This document shows, piece by piece, positions 25,521 to 38,429 of a DNA stretch of 64,000 nucleotides. The DNA comes from Azolla caroliniana (lineage: Eukaryota; Plantae; Polypodiophyta): positions 17,236,001 to 17,300,000 of the forward strand of contig JBHGNT010000004.1 of NCBI GenBank assembly GCA_043228905.1, in the 5' to 3' direction. Position 1 is the first letter of the stretch. Every line of letters starts with the position of its first letter. The notes beneath the pieces are model-generated. The model was not told where the DNA came from. It ran no database searches and worked only from the letters and a program-made list of their open reading frames with translations. The position numbers and the translations under genes were made by a program.

Positions 25521-28500
25521 TCAAGATAGTGAGCTTGTCTCAACTGTTTTATATGGTTCGAGTGTTTGACTAACATTTACTGCCTTCGACTCATTCATCC
25601 ATGTTGACCCAAAATCTAAACTGCAATGTGGTGCAGAGCATAAGGCTTGCGGAATAGGTCGACCATCACCAATTTCCTGTGGTGGAAACCTGAATGCTGG
25701 CCCAAAATTAAACCTAACAGTGCAGTTTGGCTCATTCGGAAGTGTATACATAGAAGCAGCTGGGAAATATCGACCTCCAAAAATATCTTTGAAGGCTATA
25801 CCTTGAAAAACTCCATTCCGGAAAAAAGCAATCTCACTACCTGTAGACATATCAACACCTGGAAGTTAGTGCTGCTACACATATATCAGCTTCAAGAAAC
25901 ATGTCTTTCTATATACCAGTGATGGTGGAGCACCAGGTCATCAACTCATCGATCAGAGTTAGAATTTCACCCCTTCTCTTGCATTCTTTCTTACTCAACT
26001 TTCCTAAAAGACTCTAATGTCCCAACGTTCTTATCCTTAGCATAAATTGCGATCTTTTGTGAAGCAAGTGTAAAGGTAAATTCTCTCAAGTTGTAGTTCT
26101 TTCCATGTAATCCAAGCTCACATACAGGGATTGCTTCATGTTGTCTTATATCAAATTAGTGCCTATCAATCCTTGAATTCAGTATGTCCAGAAAATCAGC
26201 ATCCTCTCCGGTTACAGAATCTAGATGGCCATTGGTACTTACTCACATAAAGGAACCCACTTCTCATATCCAATAATGGAGTTTGATTGATCTAGTGGTA
26301 CATAAAGAAGCCTTGTTTCTAGATACAATCAGGGAAATGTGCATCATCATACTTGCATCGCTTGGTTGCCAAGATGTTGAGTTTCAAGCTGAGGCAATTG
26401 CACACTACACACTATGAACATAACCATGAGTAATGTTGGAAAATGAGCTTCAAATTTCTCTGACAGCAGCATCATAATGGCATCATAACAGTGATTCTCA
26501 GAATAAATCAGTGTTTCCAAAATATATTTGTAGGAAACACTGTACCTTAAGCTAGGACATCACAAGGGTAGGATAAGTTTTTAAGTTAAAAGATAAGTAC
26601 ATATATAGGTAGCCAAGGAGAGAGTGTCGTGTACATTCATAGTGCTAAATCCTTATCAAGCATAGGCGATTGTAAATTGTAGATTGCATATAGAATTTTG
26701 GGAGATTGAAATTCAATTGGTTAGCCGATTTATAGATTTTACAGACAGGCAGTATTTGGCCTTGAATTTAATTAGGACTGGCTGTTGGCATTGATAATCT
26801 TGATGCAGAGGAACAGAAAAAGGTCTCACTTTTTACTACCTTATTAAGAACATTTCATGGGTCATCTTTTAAACTAGTTTTTTATTATAGTAGGAAATTT
26901 ATTAACTTTGTACTGATTCAGGACCCCTGAAATGTTAGCTAAGAGTTTTCCAGCTGTAGAAGAGCCATTTCCAGTAACTTACTACTCAACTGGCAGCCTA
27001 CTCTCACTGTATGCATACATTTACAGCTTTCTACAGAAGACAGCCATCATGCATGAGCATGCCACCATCTATGCCCTGCTGTTTGTATATTAAAATTGTG
27101 ACCTTGCATTGATACCTTCCTTGCTTTCAGCAGCAGTGAATCAATATCCAGATTGTAGAGAAAAAACAAGAAGATAAAACTAGAGTTCTTTCTAACATTC
27201 AGTACTGGAGACAATTAAGAATATGCAATAAGAGATGCAAAAGTAAATACAATTAAGGAAATACTAATCCCTAAAAACGATGCAACCCATGAGCTTCCTG
27301 CATCACGACCAGCCATAACCCAATAAAGTTCAGTAATGGCATCTATTTCTATTCTAAGGTCCAGTTCATCATTGGGCAACCTTATAATTCTATCTGCACC
27401 CATCCATTAATACATGCATAAATGCATACACATATATGTTCTTGTCTTTCTGATTGTATTCTCATATAGATTTAGATTTATAGAAGTATCACTCCAGTTT
27501 CTCAAAGAGTTACTAGTTTTGACTTTTCATACAGTATTACATACCTGATACTACTTTTGGAGGTTCCTCATTCTGATCAACGATATACGGGTGACCCTTA
27601 TAAGATACCAACGATGCCGATTTTGGAGCAAGTGCTTCACCATTCGGCAGGTTGATGTAAAATCCAATGACATCACCTTCCACATAAGGCTCACCATACA
27701 GTTCTCGGATGGCCATGTGAACCTTACTTCCATCCACATCTCTATACCCATAACTGTTAATATCAAATCCCACAGGAGCCTGTAGTTCTCCCTTTTGTGT
27801 CGACCATCCAAGCCTTGTATGTCCGGTTTTTCCAAGACTTTCGACCAAGATTTCAAAGTACCAAGCTCCATCAGTTACACCTCGAGTGGCTCTCACCATT
27901 CGGTATCCTTTTGTGCTACCTAAAACAGTGTTGGAGTAAAGTTGACTTTGATATTCAGCCAAGTTTTCTCTTGATACATGAAATAAACTATGAAATTTAC
28001 AAGAAGAAAACAACAAATTTATGGGATTTTAAATAAGGATGTTCCCTTCATAGTGACACAAATAATGACCAGATGCCAGAAGAGATACATCACAAGGTCA
28101 AAAGAATTTAGTATCAAATATACATTTATGAGCACAAAAAACATTACCAAAATTCATAGGAATACAGCAGCCAAATCATCTAATAATGCCGGGTTTCATT
28201 CCCTTTATAAATAATTTCAATCACCAAGTTTGAAGTTCTGGCTGGTATTTTTGTGAATGAGAGTAACGTCCTTCAAATTTTGTATAAGAAAAGAGTTTAA
28301 TACAATATATATATGATGCACACACATAGATATGTATGTATGTCTGTCTTTCTGTTCTTACTTAAAAAAAGGATTTCAGCAAGGAGAGTTTTAGGCAGAA
28401 ATTGCAAATTTAACCAATGAGCACCTCATCTTCTGATCAGAAACTTTGAAGTTATGCTGGAAATTTAGAGAAGGAATGAAAAAATAAAAAGGAGGAATTT

Positions 28501-29672
28501 ACCCTCTTTCTAAAAAACCTATTTATAATTGAAAAGTTCAAAAATTCATTACAGCCCTTGAACTATTTTAGCAACCGTGGACACACTTCTTTGCTATTAA
28601 CTTGTTCTTCTCATTGGGAAGTTGATAAATAGTACCAGAAATATTTAGTGAATGAATCCAAGTTTTTCACTCAGATAAGAAAAACAATACCTGCACTAAG
28701 TCTATCCTCGCTCAATTCGATTTTTTCCGATTTGTGAAACTTTGAGAGTAGAACTGACATGCCAGGGCTATCTTCAGATTTATCTTGGCTTTTGGCCGGA
28801 ATAATGTAGACACAGTTTTCTTTCTCAAAGTTCTGGTGGGAAACAGTCTTTGTGTTTGAGTTTGGTTTAACACTTGTTTTACTGCTTCTCTTTCCTCCTT
28901 TCCGTGAGGATGACTTTGCCCACACATTCACTGGCTTTTTTTTCGGTTTCTTAGCTATACCATTGCCATTTGAAGTTAAAGTTGGTTTTTTTGAAGGGCT
29001 ATGATCTGAATTTACCTTCCCTAAAGAAATGCTCGTTGTATCTACTTCTATGGAAGCATCCAAATCTCTCTTTCCTGCTTCTACAGAAGCATCCAGAGTC
29101 CTTTCCACTTTTATGGAATCAATAGATATTCTTATTTGTGCATTTCTGCAATCATCAAACTTTCGTGCTTCTATGGAATCATTACACCTTCTTTCTTCCT
29201 CTACCCTTATGGAATGACCAGATCTTCGTCGTTCTGATCCTATGGGATTATCCAAATTTCGTGTTTGTGTTTGTGTTTCTATTTCTATGAAACCATCAGA
29301 TCTTTTTTCTGATTTCAAGCAAACATTGGTTCCTTGCTTTTCTATTTCGATCGAATTATCAGAATCTATCCTCTCTCCTTCTATGGAATTACCAAAGTTT
29401 CTTACTTCTGCATCTATTGGACCATCAGACATTCTTGTTCCTGCTTCTATGGACTCACCGACACTTACGATTCGAAGAGAAAGAGATGCAGACGGACCTC
29501 GTTCAGGAGCGATAAGAGCTTTTCCTACATCTTCTACTATTTCGCCATATTCTGATACTTTCTCCATCTTTTTCCTCTTCGGGGATGGAGTGAGGATTGA
29601 GACGGACGCACACAGCGGAGCCGGCGCATTGATGTCTTCAGCTCTGCTGCCTCTGACGAGGCGATCCTCCAT
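25521..29672 (-). CDS. TRO: TRAUCO / ASH2-related SPRY-domain subunit of the Set1/COMPASS H3K4 methyltransferase complex, 3 exons, about 558 aa
   Basis: Exons 29672-28691, 27919-27545 and 25840-25521 are joined by two phase-1 GT-AG introns. The protein has the diagnostic ASH2 sequences [79 protein letters not shown] and FNFGP. Confidence 0.96.
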
Positions 29673-29749
29673 TGGAGATGATGATCTCCAACGAAGACGA
29701 CGACGCGATGGGGAGGGAGGCCAAGAAAGGAAGGCCTAAACCTGACTCT

Positions 29750-29960
29750 GTGTCTGTGTATGTCTATATCTGTGTGTATGTAATGTATTGTATGTATAAT
29801 GTATGTAATGTATTTTATGTATGTATGTATGTATGTATGTGTATGTAATGTATTGTATGTATGTATGTGTATGTAATGTATTGTATGTATGTATGTATGT
29901 ATGTATGTATGTATGTATGTATGTATGTATGTATGTATGTATGTATGTGTATATGCATGT
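29750..29960. repeat. (TATG)n / (CATA)n microsatellite just upstream of TRAUCO
   Basis: An imperfect then perfect TATG run starts about 80 bp upstream of the ATG. Confidence 0.95.
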
Positions 29961-30879
29961 AATGAAATCCTCGCACATTCATACTTACATAAGAATCCAG
30001 CCCAGATGCAATCTTCTTCTTCAACATCTCCAACCACTCATCCTTTTTGGAGTCGTAGATCGCCATCTCATGGTCCATAAATCGCGCCACAAACTCCACC
30101 TCTGTGTCAAGTCGGAGTTCAACGGGAATAAAGTTGAACCTCGAAACAACCCTAACCTTCAACTTCCGGATTTACGATTGTCAATTTCTATGGTACTTGA
30201 TTTTTGGGTCCATGAATCTTTTGAGTGATCTCTGACGCTCATAGTTATTTGAAGCATGCCCCCGGAGTACCCTCCTCCTCTATTTGCATCCCTCATGGTA
30301 GAACTATGTCAATTCCATGTGCCCTACGTAAATGTGTTTCCATGTCGCATTTTTTGCGATACCACCTTGGCGAGAGGCGGCAATACTCAGCCACCATACA
30401 TGCACGGACCTTGTTCCCATTTGCATCTCTTCCAACCTTATACAACAAGTCTAGGCTAGGAGCATCTATTGTTTCTTTATGTCACGTTAGATACGTCATT
30501 TGTTGTTACATAAAGATTGACATAATACAACGAGACCAAATCCACATACCATTTGGAGGAGCATCTTTGTCGAATGATGCCATGGCTTGTAAGGGCTCAA
30601 TCCGAGGACGATGAACCACCAATGCCTAATCCATGCTCTCCCCACCCTTAGACATGTCGGTGACAACTTCTCCAATGTCTTCTAATGAAAACCCTTTAAC
30701 AAATCATCAGTCAGCATGCATGCATCACATATCATTACCACTATTACAAGAAATTGGTTCGTGACATACCTCTCTTGAGTTGGATATATGTCACTGTTAT
30801 TGGAATCCCACCACTCTTTATACTTGGACCTAGAAGCCATCTACCACCATTCAAGGAAAAGAAAACATATAGAAATGAC

Positions 30880-32070
30880 GCAAAATTGTAAATAAGTAAT
30901 CAACTGTAAATCATTAATAATCAATAAGCTAAACATGTTCTAAACCTTCTCCCTAACATTTTATTATCAAGCTAATATCATAATATCATTTGTAAACCAT
31001 TAATAATCAATATCAAGCTAATATCATAATATCAACCGTAAACCAGTAATAATCAATATCAAGCTAATATCATTAATAATCAATATGAAGCTAATATCAT
31101 AATTTTAATCGTAAACCATTAACATTATAATATCAAGCATTAAACCATAAACCATCACACATCTCTAATGATCAATAACCTAAACATGTTCTAAACCATC
31201 ACACCTTCTTCCTAACATTTTAATCTCAAGCCATTATATCAAGTTAATATCATAATATCAACCATCGAACCCTAATCCCTCGACATGAAAACCATTAACA
31301 TTCTAATATCAAGCATCAATATCATAATATCAACCGTAAACCATTAATAATCAATATCAAGCTAATATCATAATATCAATAATAATCAATATCAAGCCAA
31401 TATTATAATATCAGCCGTAAACCATCATACATCTCTAATGATCAATAACCTAAACATGTTCTAAACCATCACACCTTCTTCCTAACATTCTAATCTCAAG
31501 CCATTATATCAAGCTAATATCATAATATCAACCACCGAACCCAAATTCCTCGACATGAAAACCATTAACATTCTAATATAAACCATAAACCATAAACATT
31601 CTAATATCAAGCATTAAACCGTAAACCATCATATATCTCTAATGATCAATAACCTAAACATGTTCTAAACCATCATACCTTCTTCCTAACATTCTAATCT
31701 CAAGCCATTATATCAAGTTAATATCATAATATCAACCATTGAACCCTAATCCCTCGACATGAAAACCATTAACATTCTAACATCAAGCATTAATCTCATA
31801 ATATCAACTGTAAACCATTAATAATCAATATCAAGCTAATATCATAATATCATTAATAATCAACATCAAGCTAATATCATAATATTAACCATAAACCATT
31901 AACATTATAATATCAAGCATTAAACCGTAAACCATCATACATCGCTAATGATCAATAACCTAAACATGTTCTAAACCATTACACCTTCTTCCTAACATTC
32001 TAATCTCAAGCCATTAAATCAAGCTAATATCAACCAAAACCTCCTCCCGAACCCTAATCCCTCGACATGA
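30880..32070. repeat. AT-rich higher-order tandem repeat
   Basis: Short units (AATATCAAGCTAATATCATAATATC, TAAACCATT) sit inside longer blocks. The marker ATCTCTAATGATCAATAACCTAAACATGTTCTAAACC recurs at about 31161, 31431, 31635 and 31941. Confidence 0.9.
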
Positions 32071-32284
32071 AAAAACCAACCACATAAAAAATAAATAGCA
32101 GAAAATGCATAGACAAACACAAATACATACTTGGGAAATAGTAGGGTGGTTATGGCATATGTGATTGTTGGAAATGTCGATTGTAGGCTGGCTGGAAAAA
32201 AAATCGGTTTCTCGACAAAAATACCTGCCAATCTCATTTGAAAAAATGAGAGATAATGACAGGTTTTAGGGTTTTATAGTCATT

Positions 32285-32712
32285 GGTTGGGCGACCTGCT
32301 TCGTCGGTTGGGTGACCAACTTACATTGAAGATACATGCAATTTGGTGACCAACTTACTATTGAAAATACATGCGGTTGGGCGACTTGTTTCGTCGGTTG
32401 GGCAACCAACTTACTCTAAGGATACATGTGGTTGGGTGAGTTGATTAAAAGGTTGGACGACCCATCCACACTGACTAGGTTGAGCGACCAAAATAAGGTA
32501 GGTTGGGCGACCACATATGTTACAGAGGTTGGCGACCACTTTAGACTAAGTTAGGTTGGGTGACGACAATAGGTAGGTTGGGCGACCACAATAGGTAGGT
32601 TGGGCAACTACAATTTGTAGGTTGAGCGACCACAGTAGGTAGTTGGGCAACCTTTGATAGGGTTGGACGACCGAGGACTTAGAGTTGGGTGACCTCTGAC
32701 AACTTTTTGGGT
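32285..32712. repeat. Array of about 18 copies of the 12-bp motif GGTTGGGCGACC with variable spacers
   Basis: The motif is directly visible with 8-25 bp spacers. It resembles the subterminal repeats of DNA transposons. Confidence 0.8.
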
Positions 32713-32999
32713 CGCACATTTTTTTATTAATATCCAAATCGAACATTGCAGATTACACGCGCCTTCCTCTGAGCAACCTGCAGATTACATGTGAAGGTGG
32801 GGAATTAATGAGAATTGTTAAAGCTATAGTTGAGATGGTAGAAGTTACGAGGAGCGAGAGTTACCATAGTTTAAGTGATTTTGTGTGTGTCACCAAGAAC
32901 ACGATAGTCATCGATAGTGTAGGTTGATATATGGAGTTGAAACCCATAACAATAAGAAGTTAGTCATCGACAATATTATTTGGTCTAACACCTTTAGAG

Positions 33000-35246
33000 G
33001 GTTCCGATTCATCCGCTCGACAATTCCATTTTGCTCCAGACTATAGGGTGTTCTATATTCATGTTGAATACCGCCCTGTCGGGAAAATTTGACGAATTCT
33101 TCAGACTTGAACTCTCCTCCATTATCGGTTCGAAGGCATTTCAGATTTCGATCGTTTTGGTTCTCTACCATAGCGAGCCAATTAGAAAAAATCGAGAACA
33201 CTCGATCTTTAGTTTTGATCAGATAAGCCCACACCTTCCAAGTTGAATCGTTGATAAAGCTGGCAAAGTATAGGGCACCACCGAGAGACTGATGTGGCAT
33301 AGGACCACAGACGTTCGAGTGGACTCGATTCTCTTGGTGTTGATGTCGGGTGTGATGCGGCTACGTGTTTTCCGTACTGACAATGCTCGCAGAACTGATG
33401 ATCGGAGAAGGAGACTTTAGGGATGTATTTGGCTCTAGATAGATGCGTGATGTCGGCCTTGTTGAGGTGTCCGAGTCATCCATGCCATAGTGATGACACG
33501 AGAATGTCGACCAAGAACAAGTCACTCTCTCTGAGTGTGACGTATAGCGGGTACAACGAATGTACTTTCAGTCCTCAAACAAGTAGGAGGTTCCCCCTGT
33601 GGAGTGTTCACCCTCTTGATGAGAAGCTGGTACGGATGCCATATTCGTCCAATTGTCCGACTGAGATCAAGGGTATTGAGAGCTCAGGTACATGTTGGAC
33701 ATTGTAAAGTACTAATGTAGAGCCATTCAGAAGGTTGAGTTGTACTGTGTCGATTCCAGTTATAACGCAATGTTGCGAGTTTCTGACTTGAACTGAGTCG
33801 GAATGTCAAGCTGAGTATTGCCGAAATTGGGATTGATGAGGGGTCACATGATATGTAGCGCCCGAGTCCAAGAGTCATCCATGTGCTCGATTCCTTATTT
33901 GTAATCAGAACTTCTTATTCTATTAGATTCTCAATGGATAGTATGTTCGGGTCATTCAAAAGTGCTTTGGCTAAAGAGCCAATGTAATTGACCTCCTCAT
34001 GTCAGCCAGTCTTTTGATCAGCTCATTGAGCCTTATCATTCTTGGCTTTGAGTGTGCGAAAATCCTCTTTTATGTGTTCGGGTTTCTTGTAATAATTACA
34101 GACTCGATTATCCCGGGATTTGCTCCAACTTCGTTGGTTGTTCAGTTGTCGAGAGGAACTTCTTCCTCGACTATTCGATCGGTCGAACCTTATACTACAT
34201 TCGCGTCATTGGCCGAATCCGCCAAATCCAGAAGTTGAAGTTCGATCCGTCGAACTTCCTTAGACTCATCTCTGACGACCCAAATGTTGATGCCATTTGT
34301 GTCGGCTTACTAGACTTTGTCCGCAGTTCGACTACGAACAAAGGTGGAGTGCGGCTGACTGGCTCACCCGATATCGTTATGGTCGGATTTGGACACAAGT
34401 CGAATCAACTTCGACTATTGGTGAGTTTGGTCCAAAGTGACTACAGTTAGTCGACTTAGCCGAATAAGACCCGAATTTGCTGATTTCGAGTGTCGATTTT
34501 AAGATGCCGATCACAGATTTTGTGCTGATTGTCCAGGCCAATCCTCCTTCGGGTGACTGCAACGATGAGAGGGACGAAGCTGACTGGTCCTCTCGAATGT
34601 CGTTCAACTGAATGAAGCGCGGATTGGGGTTGTTCCTTAGAGCCCAAACTGTTACGAGTGATTATGATGAGTGAGTACATAGCGTCGAATGACCTATTCG
34701 ATTGTCGTCTAATCCGATGAAGCACGATTGAGGCCGATTTGGTGGAGAATCCACTTCGAGCGGGTGCAATCACAGAAGCGAGGTACTACCGGCTGGCATA
34801 CCTCAAGAGTGATCTAACTTGGTGGGGTGCAAATCTTTGTTTTTCTTTCTCTTCTCAAGATGAGATCTTGAACTTAGATTCTTCAAGGGAGACGAAGCAA
34901 GAATGTTGTTGAAGACTGATGATCGCTGGCATGGAGTTGAAGAACCTTTGCTCTGATACTAGATGTTGGGAACTCAGGCCACTAGTGTGGAAGCATAAAT
35001 GGCATCTTGCAATGAAGATCACTAAGTGTAGAGTATGAAGGCAAGATCAAAGACAAAATTTGAGAGAGAGAGAGTAAGAGACAAAATAGCACACAAGAAG
35101 AATTGTATTATTCAAGCTCTCAACCACACAATGTATAGAATGAACAACTATATCAACCAACACAAACTAGGTTACAAAGTCAATTTATATACTGACTGAC
35201 TTAGGGCAACTACCCTTTTTAGTATTTACAAGAATGGCCTAAACCT
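33000..35246 (-). mobile_element. Truncated, decayed Ty1/copia element (5' LTR part, PBS, gag, integrase)
   Basis: The LTR end is at 34964 and a PBS TAGTATCAGAGC (iMet-like) at 34950-34961. The gag start reads LRKFDGSNFNFW, and integrase reads LKCLRTDNGGEF and EQNGIVERMNR. Confidence 0.85.
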
Positions 35247-35275
35247 AGTGTGTATTAATGGGACAATGCGAATAT

Positions 35276-35647
35276 TGTTGGGAGTCAAATGTCAAATCTA
35301 TGAGAAAGACTAACTCGGAAATACACAACACACGTGGAAATAGCAAATGCACAGTACACAGTCGTGGACATGGAAACCCTAAACGGGTAAAAAACCACGG
35401 GAACAGAGATTCCACTATACAAAGAGAAGTACAAGGTGAGATCAGAATACAACACTTTCCACTCAAAGTGTATCAGCCACACTGGGCTCTTGGCGTCAAA
35501 CCTACCTTGGCTATGGCGCCGCTCTCTACCCCTCGCTCTCTCTCGCTTCTCTATCCTACACTATACACAACACCACTATTCTCTGTTTTGCCCTAGATGT
35601 ATTTATACTCATTCATCATATGGTCTATTTACAAGTGTAACCCCTAC
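35276..35647 (-). mobile_element. Partial LTR of a further copia family related to those at 2622 and 7232
   Basis: It starts TGTTGGGAG and shares GGAAACCCT...AAAAAACCACGG and CTATTTACAAGT.TA.CCCC motifs with the other copia LTRs. Confidence 0.65.
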
Positions 35648-36280
35648 TGTTGAGCGGACAAGCTCAACCAGATTCGGATCAGAGTGTAACCGGTATGCCA
35701 TTTGAGGCCTACGAATCTAGCCTAGTGTGTAGGCATACTTTTAGGAGTCAATGTCAGTCACTCGTATGAGCATTGAACTACTTGTCATTACTTCTGTCAG
35801 TCTGTGTAAGGACTTGTATAAAAGTGCTCTCTAAGCACATTCTATACACATAGTGTTATTGTTTTGAATTCAAGTTTATGTTGTTCTACTCTAACTATGT
35901 CTCTCCTGTGTAAGGTTTCCATTAAACGTGGGTCTGTATTCTGTTGCTATCTGATTGAGCCAATTTTTTCATAGCTTCCGCGTATTTATTTTTACATGGT
36001 ATTAGAGCGCGAGGGTTGAGAACCTCTGCAACCGACAAGTGTTTTTCTGACGACAAACCCTAACACCCGATAAGAACAGATAGAAGAAGGATATGGACCG
36101 AGGAATGGCTAGCTCGCTCCTGACAAAGAAGCTCGATAGATCCAACTATGCATCTTGGTCGTACAAGATGCACCAGTACCTGCTCGAGCATGGCTAATGG
36201 AGTTATGTCGACGGAGCTAACAATACGGCGCCTGATGCAGTAAGCAGAGTTATGTACTGCTTTGCATCCAGTGTCGTCAG
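35648..36280 (+). mobile_element. Copia family A 5' LTR, PBS and gag start, truncated
   Basis: The LTR runs TGTTGAGC (35648) to TTTACA (35996), with PBS TGGTATTAGAGC at 35997-36008. Gag reads KLDRSNYASWSYKMHQYLL, matching the gag start at about 46320. Confidence 0.88.
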
Positions 36281-37400
36281 AGGTAGAGCCGCATCTTGAA
36301 CGGAGGCCATCATCTTGTTAGGTGTTATGACCATCTGCAAGTTATCCTCCACGGTGCAAACCCTCTCCTTTTCGTTGATGCGGTGATGCTTCTTGGGTTG
36401 GTTTTGTCCTACCACTGAGTGTTGTTTGGCCTTTGTGTCCTCTCTAGGACGTTTCCTGCTTTCTTCAGAGGGTTTCGGGGTCTTGTCTCGTAATTCTCGA
36501 TTCAGACTTTAGAGGATCGGTCGGGGCCCCATTACCAAATCCTTCGGCTTGGGTTTGTTGCGCCCCCGGATTGTGAAATCCTCATTTGCGACTACTACCA
36601 ACTCTTGTTCCTTAGTCACATTAGTCACATGAATTGGCCGTGGTGATTCATGGGTCACTATGGGGAGGGGATCACACCATTCTTCCTATGTGAATTGCAA
36701 TGCCTATTGTAGTTTAGTGTGAGTGGCCGGTGTAGGGAGTGCAAGGGGTTTCTATGGAGCGGAAGCAGAAGGGGGTGGATAGAGCACATACAAATAGTGA
36801 GCCAAGGCAAGGAACAACTTCTTCCCCACTTGTAAGGCAGAGAGACCGGCATAGAGAGCCTCACTCGTGATGGAACCCCAATCGATCTAGCCTCCTATGT
36901 ATGTTGTGATGATGATTCCAACCTTCTTCTTTGGCATGCCATAGCTTGTGGGATGTACACGCAATTTCAAGGAGGAACTTTGCAAGATCTCTGAACAACT
37001 CGTTCAGACCCCCCAGTGTTTTGTAGGCTTTAGCTGAGGCTGAGTACTCCCCGAAATGTGCCTCGAGGACTTGTTGAAACCCAACGTAGACCTAATTTGG
37101 TCGTTCCTGATGGTGTCAAGGTGGATGCATTGGCCAATCTCCTGTGCATCTGGGTGGGGCGGCGCGTATGAGACTTTGAGGTACCCACCGAGGCTGTGTC
37201 GTTTCAGCTAGGTGCGGAGATCCATGGAAACTTCGAGAGGCATAGTGATACTTGCGGTGTGTTGGGGGGAATGGAGAGATGGGTGGTTTCTGTGCAGAGA
37301 GTAGAAGGGTGAGGAGCTTCGAGAGAAAGCTTGGGAGTTATGTGCTTCTACGATTGCTTTTGTGCACGAAATAACTTCGTGCCTTTGTGGAACCACTTTT
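36280..37400 (-). mobile_element. Degenerate retroelement internal sequence, probably Ty3/gypsy gag region
   Basis: It looks like broken coding sequence and lies between retroelement fragments. I saw no clean diagnostic motif. Confidence 0.35.
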
Positions 37401-37409
37401 TGTATGTCC

Positions 37410-38180
37410 TACATTGTTGTATAAGGCAACTTGAAAGGAGACATGAAGATCTAGAAAAAGCACGAAAGATGATGGAGGCAGCCCGAGTGAAGAACAAAAT
37501 TCGGTTCGACAAGACGCATCGACTGTGTCCCAAGAAGATCGAAGAAGGAGATTGGGTATTGGTCTACGACAGTAGCCTTGACAATCAACATAGTACAACA
37601 AGAAAGTTCACAAGAAGATGGTTTGGACCGTATGTAGTGATAAGTGCCAACGACAATGCCACATACCACCTTGCAGAGCTAGATGGATCAAGGTTGGCCA
37701 TACCCATTGCGGGAAAAAGAGTAAAGATTTTCAAGAAAAGACAAGACGAGGATCCCGACCTCGATCACCTCGACGATGAAGATAGTAGGACAGAACCTAC
37801 AAACTTGAGTAATGTACACGAGGACGTGGAGGAATTTGATTGATCACCGTAGCCAAAATCTCACACTCTCTCTTCTTGGCACGTACCGGAGGACGTGCGG
37901 TTTGGTGGGGGTGGAGGTCGTAAAGATTTTCGCCCACGATGTGAAAATTGCATTGAATGTAAATTTTGGGGAAAATAATAAGAAAACTTGTTATCCTATT
38001 GATATATCTTGTCTCTCAAATCTAAAGTCAAGCGTTCAATCTTTATCTTAATCTCTCTCTCTCTCTTTCAATCTATCTTAAATACTTTCTCACTAAAGCT
38101 AGTGCAAACTTCGAATCCTTTCGGTCCAGGACCCTAGTGGTTCCGCCTCACGATCCGCACCTAATGACGGATCTTCACAA
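37410..38180 (+). mobile_element. Ty3/gypsy integrase C-terminus, PPT and probable short 3' LTR
   Basis: EGDWVLVYDS...RKFTRRWFGPYVV is a GPY/F module with its stop at 37843. A purine-rich GGTGGGGGTGGAGG lies at about 37904-37917, followed by LTR-like sequence ending CACAACA at about 38180. Confidence 0.8.
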
Positions 38181-38429
38181 CAACGTTTCCCGAGGCATGG
38201 TTTTGTGCCCTAGATTTAGAATTTTGCTTGCCATTGCTAGGTATTAATGCCATGCATCGAGAACTACTTGTACTTGCTTTTCTTGATCTGTGTGCATGCT
38301 CTTTAAATACCGACTTGGTGGGCTTTTCTTTCTTTCTTTTTTCCACCTAATATACACGTAATATACACATTCAAGTAGATGGGGTTGTTATCGTAATTGG
38401 GGCGAAGTGGAATCGTGAGCCACCATGTT

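Noticed and set aside
29537-30228. ORFs with YIHT / MYVC repeats
   Set aside because: These are translations of the (TATG)n microsatellite, not credible proteins.
32285-32712. CRISPR-like repeat-spacer appearance
   Set aside because: The repeat is only 12 bp and degenerate, and the spacers are short, uneven and partly repeated. There are no cas genes and the context is eukaryotic.
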